A stretch of DNA of 1,074 nt from NCBI RefSeq assembly GCF_003334385.1, contig NZ_QOWN01000128.1. One strand, 5' to 3'. Shown here one piece after another: positions 1-1,074 of this stretch. Position numbers and translations under genes: made by a program. The number at the start of each line of letters is the position of its first letter. The first letter of the stretch is position 1. The notes beneath the pieces are model-generated. The model saw nothing but the letters and a program-made list of their open reading frames with translations, did no database searches and was not told the DNA's origin. The DNA comes from Escherichia coli (GTDB taxonomy: Bacteria; Pseudomonadota; Gammaproteobacteria; Enterobacterales; Enterobacteriaceae).

Positions 1-97
1 CACATGCTGAGGGTGCTGTCCGGGTGCAGCTCCGGGTCGGGCAGGCGGTTACCTGCCGGGTCTGTGGCATACGGGATATCAATGCCCAGGTTACATA
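1..97 (-). CDS. Start of a downstream orphan Rhs core fragment (partial; continues beyond position 1; no recognisable start codon), possibly ybfO/rhsO-like
   Basis: One minus-strand frame is open across 98..1 and reads ICNLGIDIPYATDPAGNRLPDPELHPDSTLSM. Composition jumps to about two-thirds G+C by hand count, matching the Rhs core at the other end of the window. As I recall, the peptide resembles an internal Rhs core segment (…IPYATDPAGNRLPDPELHPDSTL…), but this is from memory. There is no ATG/GTG/TTG and no SD between the immunity stop and this segment. Confidence 0.55.
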
Positions 98-122
98 TAA
101 TAATAAGAGCAATTAACTTAAT

Positions 123-449
123 TTATTTGTTTATAATGCGCTTACTTAATACAAACCATTGAATATACCCTCCTGACAGAAAATAAAGCCATATTATTAT
201 CGCCATAATATACTTACTATCAATCCTTACGCCAATAATGTCTGATACAGTCCCTATAAATATTAGAGCAATAAAGAATACTATGCCTGTTGGAAAACAT
301 ATTACCATCATTCCATAAGACATGAGACTAATTAACTCACTCACATCACGAGTGGAGTCTAATAGTGAAAGTCTATGCATGGAAAAGAATAGTATTAAAA
401 GCGATAAAGCCAGCCATATAGCTCTGAATAAAAAAATAATATATTTCAT
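123..449 (-). CDS. ybfB: Small polytopic membrane protein (108 aa, about 3 predicted TM helices); candidate cognate immunity protein for the Rhs toxin tip
   Basis: ATG at 449-447 and TAA at 125-123. The start overlaps the toxin stop as TAATG, with GGAG (460-457) seven nt upstream. The protein [24 protein letters not shown]...IMAIIIWLYFLSGGYIQWFVLSKRIINK has three long hydrophobic segments (roughly aa 4-24, 46-68, 81-101). The region is about 30% G+C by hand count, typical of Rhs tip/immunity modules. The ybfB symbol is tentative, based on recollection that E. coli YbfB is a 108-aa membrane protein immediately downstream of rhsC. Confidence 0.85.
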   Translation of the reverse strand: MKYIIFLFRAIWLALSLLILFFSMHRLSLLDSTRDVSELISLMSYGMMVICFPTGIVFFIALIFIGTVSDIIGVRIDSKYIMAIIIWLYFLSGGYIQWFVLSKRIINK

Positions 450-1074
450 TACATCACTCCGGTGAATACAAATCTAATAAAACGTCCAATGTTATTTCCG
501 GAGCACTTCATCTTACATGTTTCTAAAGAATCATTAGACCAGTCTTGGCAGTTTTTAAATAGCCCTAAATTTATAGGTGTGAATATATCAGGCAATACAG
601 AATAACGCGGCCTTACCTCTTTAAACTTCCCTTTTAAACAGTTCTCCACACAACTATTATCGGTTTCAACGAGGTCACAACGGCCAGCAGCTTCTTTTGT
701 ATCATTACTTGCTTTACCTGGCCCCCATAGACCATCTCCTTTTGATTCTCCCCGTTGGTCTTGGCCACCACAAGTATAGTCCCCTTTACCATCTGGGACA
801 CAAAGATATTGATGATAGAACGGATTCCCCCATATATCTGGACCGCTTCTTTCACCAGTTCCGCCCATTGAATGCAGTGGCTTAATGCATTTTAGTGTTT
901 CTAATCCTAATGGATCTATATTTGAGATCGGATTCAACGGATACTGATAAAAATTCCATCCCCCTTTCAGCCCAATCGGATCCTGAGTGATATATCGCCC
1001 CTGCAGCGGGTCATAATAGCGGTGGCGGTTGTAATACAGGCCGGACTCCTCATCATACTGCTGCCCCGGCAGGC
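449..1074 (-). CDS. rhsC: Rhs-family polymorphic toxin, C-terminal portion (5' end lies beyond position 1074): end of conserved Rhs core plus variable C-terminal toxin tip
   Basis: Minus-strand frame is open from the window edge (codons 1072-1070 downward) to TAA at 451-449. Positions 1072-902 translate to [56 protein letters not shown], which matches the canonical Rhs core C-terminus as I recall it. The ORF track's start at 937 is a TTG (Leu) inside this frame, not the real start. Composition shifts from G+C-rich core to AT-richer tip near 900. The rhsC symbol is tentative: it rests on remembered E. coli K-12 locus architecture (Rhs gene followed by a 108-aa membrane protein, then an orphan fragment) and needs BLAST confirmation. 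Confidence 0.88.
   Translation of the reverse strand, partial: LPGQQYDEESGLYYNRHRYYDPLQGRYITQDPIGLKGGWNFYQYPLNPISNIDPLGLETLKCIKPLHSMGGTGERSGPDIWGNPFYHQYLCVPDGKGDYTCGGQDQRGESKGDGLWGPGKASNDTKEAAGRCDLVETDNSCVENCLKGKFKEVRPRYSVLPDIFTPINLGLFKNCQDWSNDSLETCKMKCSGNNIGRFIRFVFTGVM
452..901 (-). other. Variable C-terminal toxin (CT) domain of the Rhs protein, about 150 aa, Cys/Gly-rich, family unassigned
   Basis: Sequence immediately after DPLGL: [150 protein letters not shown]. It has nine Cys including two C-x3-C pairs, lower G+C than the core, and sits where Rhs toxin tips sit. I do not recognise a nuclease, deaminase or ADP-ribosyltransferase motif. Confidence 0.75.
457..460 (-). promoter_or_regulatory. 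Shine-Dalgarno-like GGAG for the immunity gene, embedded in the last codons of the toxin gene
   Basis: Minus-strand sequence ACC GGA GTG ATG TAA TG: GGAG followed by a 7-nt spacer before the immunity ATG (449-447). Arrangement is consistent with translational coupling. Confidence 0.5.
902..931 (-). other. Rhs core/tip demarcation motif PxxxxDPxGL ([10 protein letters not shown]), the predicted autoproteolytic boundary
   Basis: Codons 931-929 (P) through 904-902 (L) read [10 protein letters not shown]. The conserved core-like sequence with DPIGLKGG (982-959) lies just upstream. In Rhs and Tc-toxin C proteins this motif marks the end of the conserved shell and the cleavage site that releases the tip. 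Confidence 0.8.

Noticed and set aside
98-122. Possible intrinsic terminator or promoter in the AT-rich spacer after the immunity gene
   Set aside because: No GC-rich hairpin followed by a T-tract is visible, and -35/-10 matches in such AT-rich DNA are not distinguishable from chance by eye.
4-164. Plus-strand open frame starting at ATG 4-6 across the G+C-rich left end
   Set aside because: It is antisense to the Rhs-core-like frame and runs from G+C-rich into AT-rich sequence with no RBS. Open antisense frames are common in G+C-rich Rhs core DNA.
634-855. 73-aa minus-strand ORF in an alternative frame
   Set aside because: It lies entirely inside the Rhs tip coding region in a different frame, with no RBS or context. 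It is a shadow ORF.
697-885. 62-aa plus-strand ORF
   Set aside because: It is antisense to the Rhs tip CDS, with no supporting signals and a low-complexity His/Leu-rich product. It is a shadow ORF.
449-937. ORF-track call of an independent 162-aa protein starting with M at 937
   Set aside because: The initiating codon is TTG inside a frame that stays open to the window edge, and the upstream translation is the highly conserved Rhs core end. This is the C-terminal part of a much longer Rhs CDS, not a separate gene.
1-1074. CRISPR repeats, tRNA/rRNA genes, IS element ends or integrase remnants
   Set aside because: There are no direct repeat-spacer periodicity, no tRNA-like cloverleaf segments and no terminal inverted repeats. 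The mosaic composition is explained by the Rhs core, tip and immunity module structure.

Overview
The window reads as the 3' end of an Rhs-type polymorphic toxin locus, all on the minus strand, and the architecture matches what I recall of the E. coli rhsC-ybfB-ybfO region. From right to left: (1) 1074..449 is the C-terminal part of an Rhs protein, entering the window already inside the coding region. Its translation contains the conserved end-of-core signature ...[56 protein letters not shown], whose last ten residues fit the PxxxxDPxGL demarcation motif, followed by a roughly 150-aa cysteine- and glycine-rich variable tip that I cannot assign to a known toxin family. (2) 449..123 is a 108-aa, very hydrophobic, AT-rich ORF with about three predicted transmembrane helices, whose ATG overlaps the toxin stop codon (TAATG), making it the candidate immunity protein. 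(3) 97..1 is a G+C-rich stretch that is open in one minus-strand frame, lacks a start codon and encodes sequence resembling an internal segment of an Rhs core, so it looks like the beginning of a downstream orphan Rhs fragment. The biology (Rhs toxin, immunity, orphan cassette) is a known system type; what appears uncharacterised is the tip domain and its membrane-protein partner. Everything here comes from reading the sequence and from memory of Rhs families; no searches were run.
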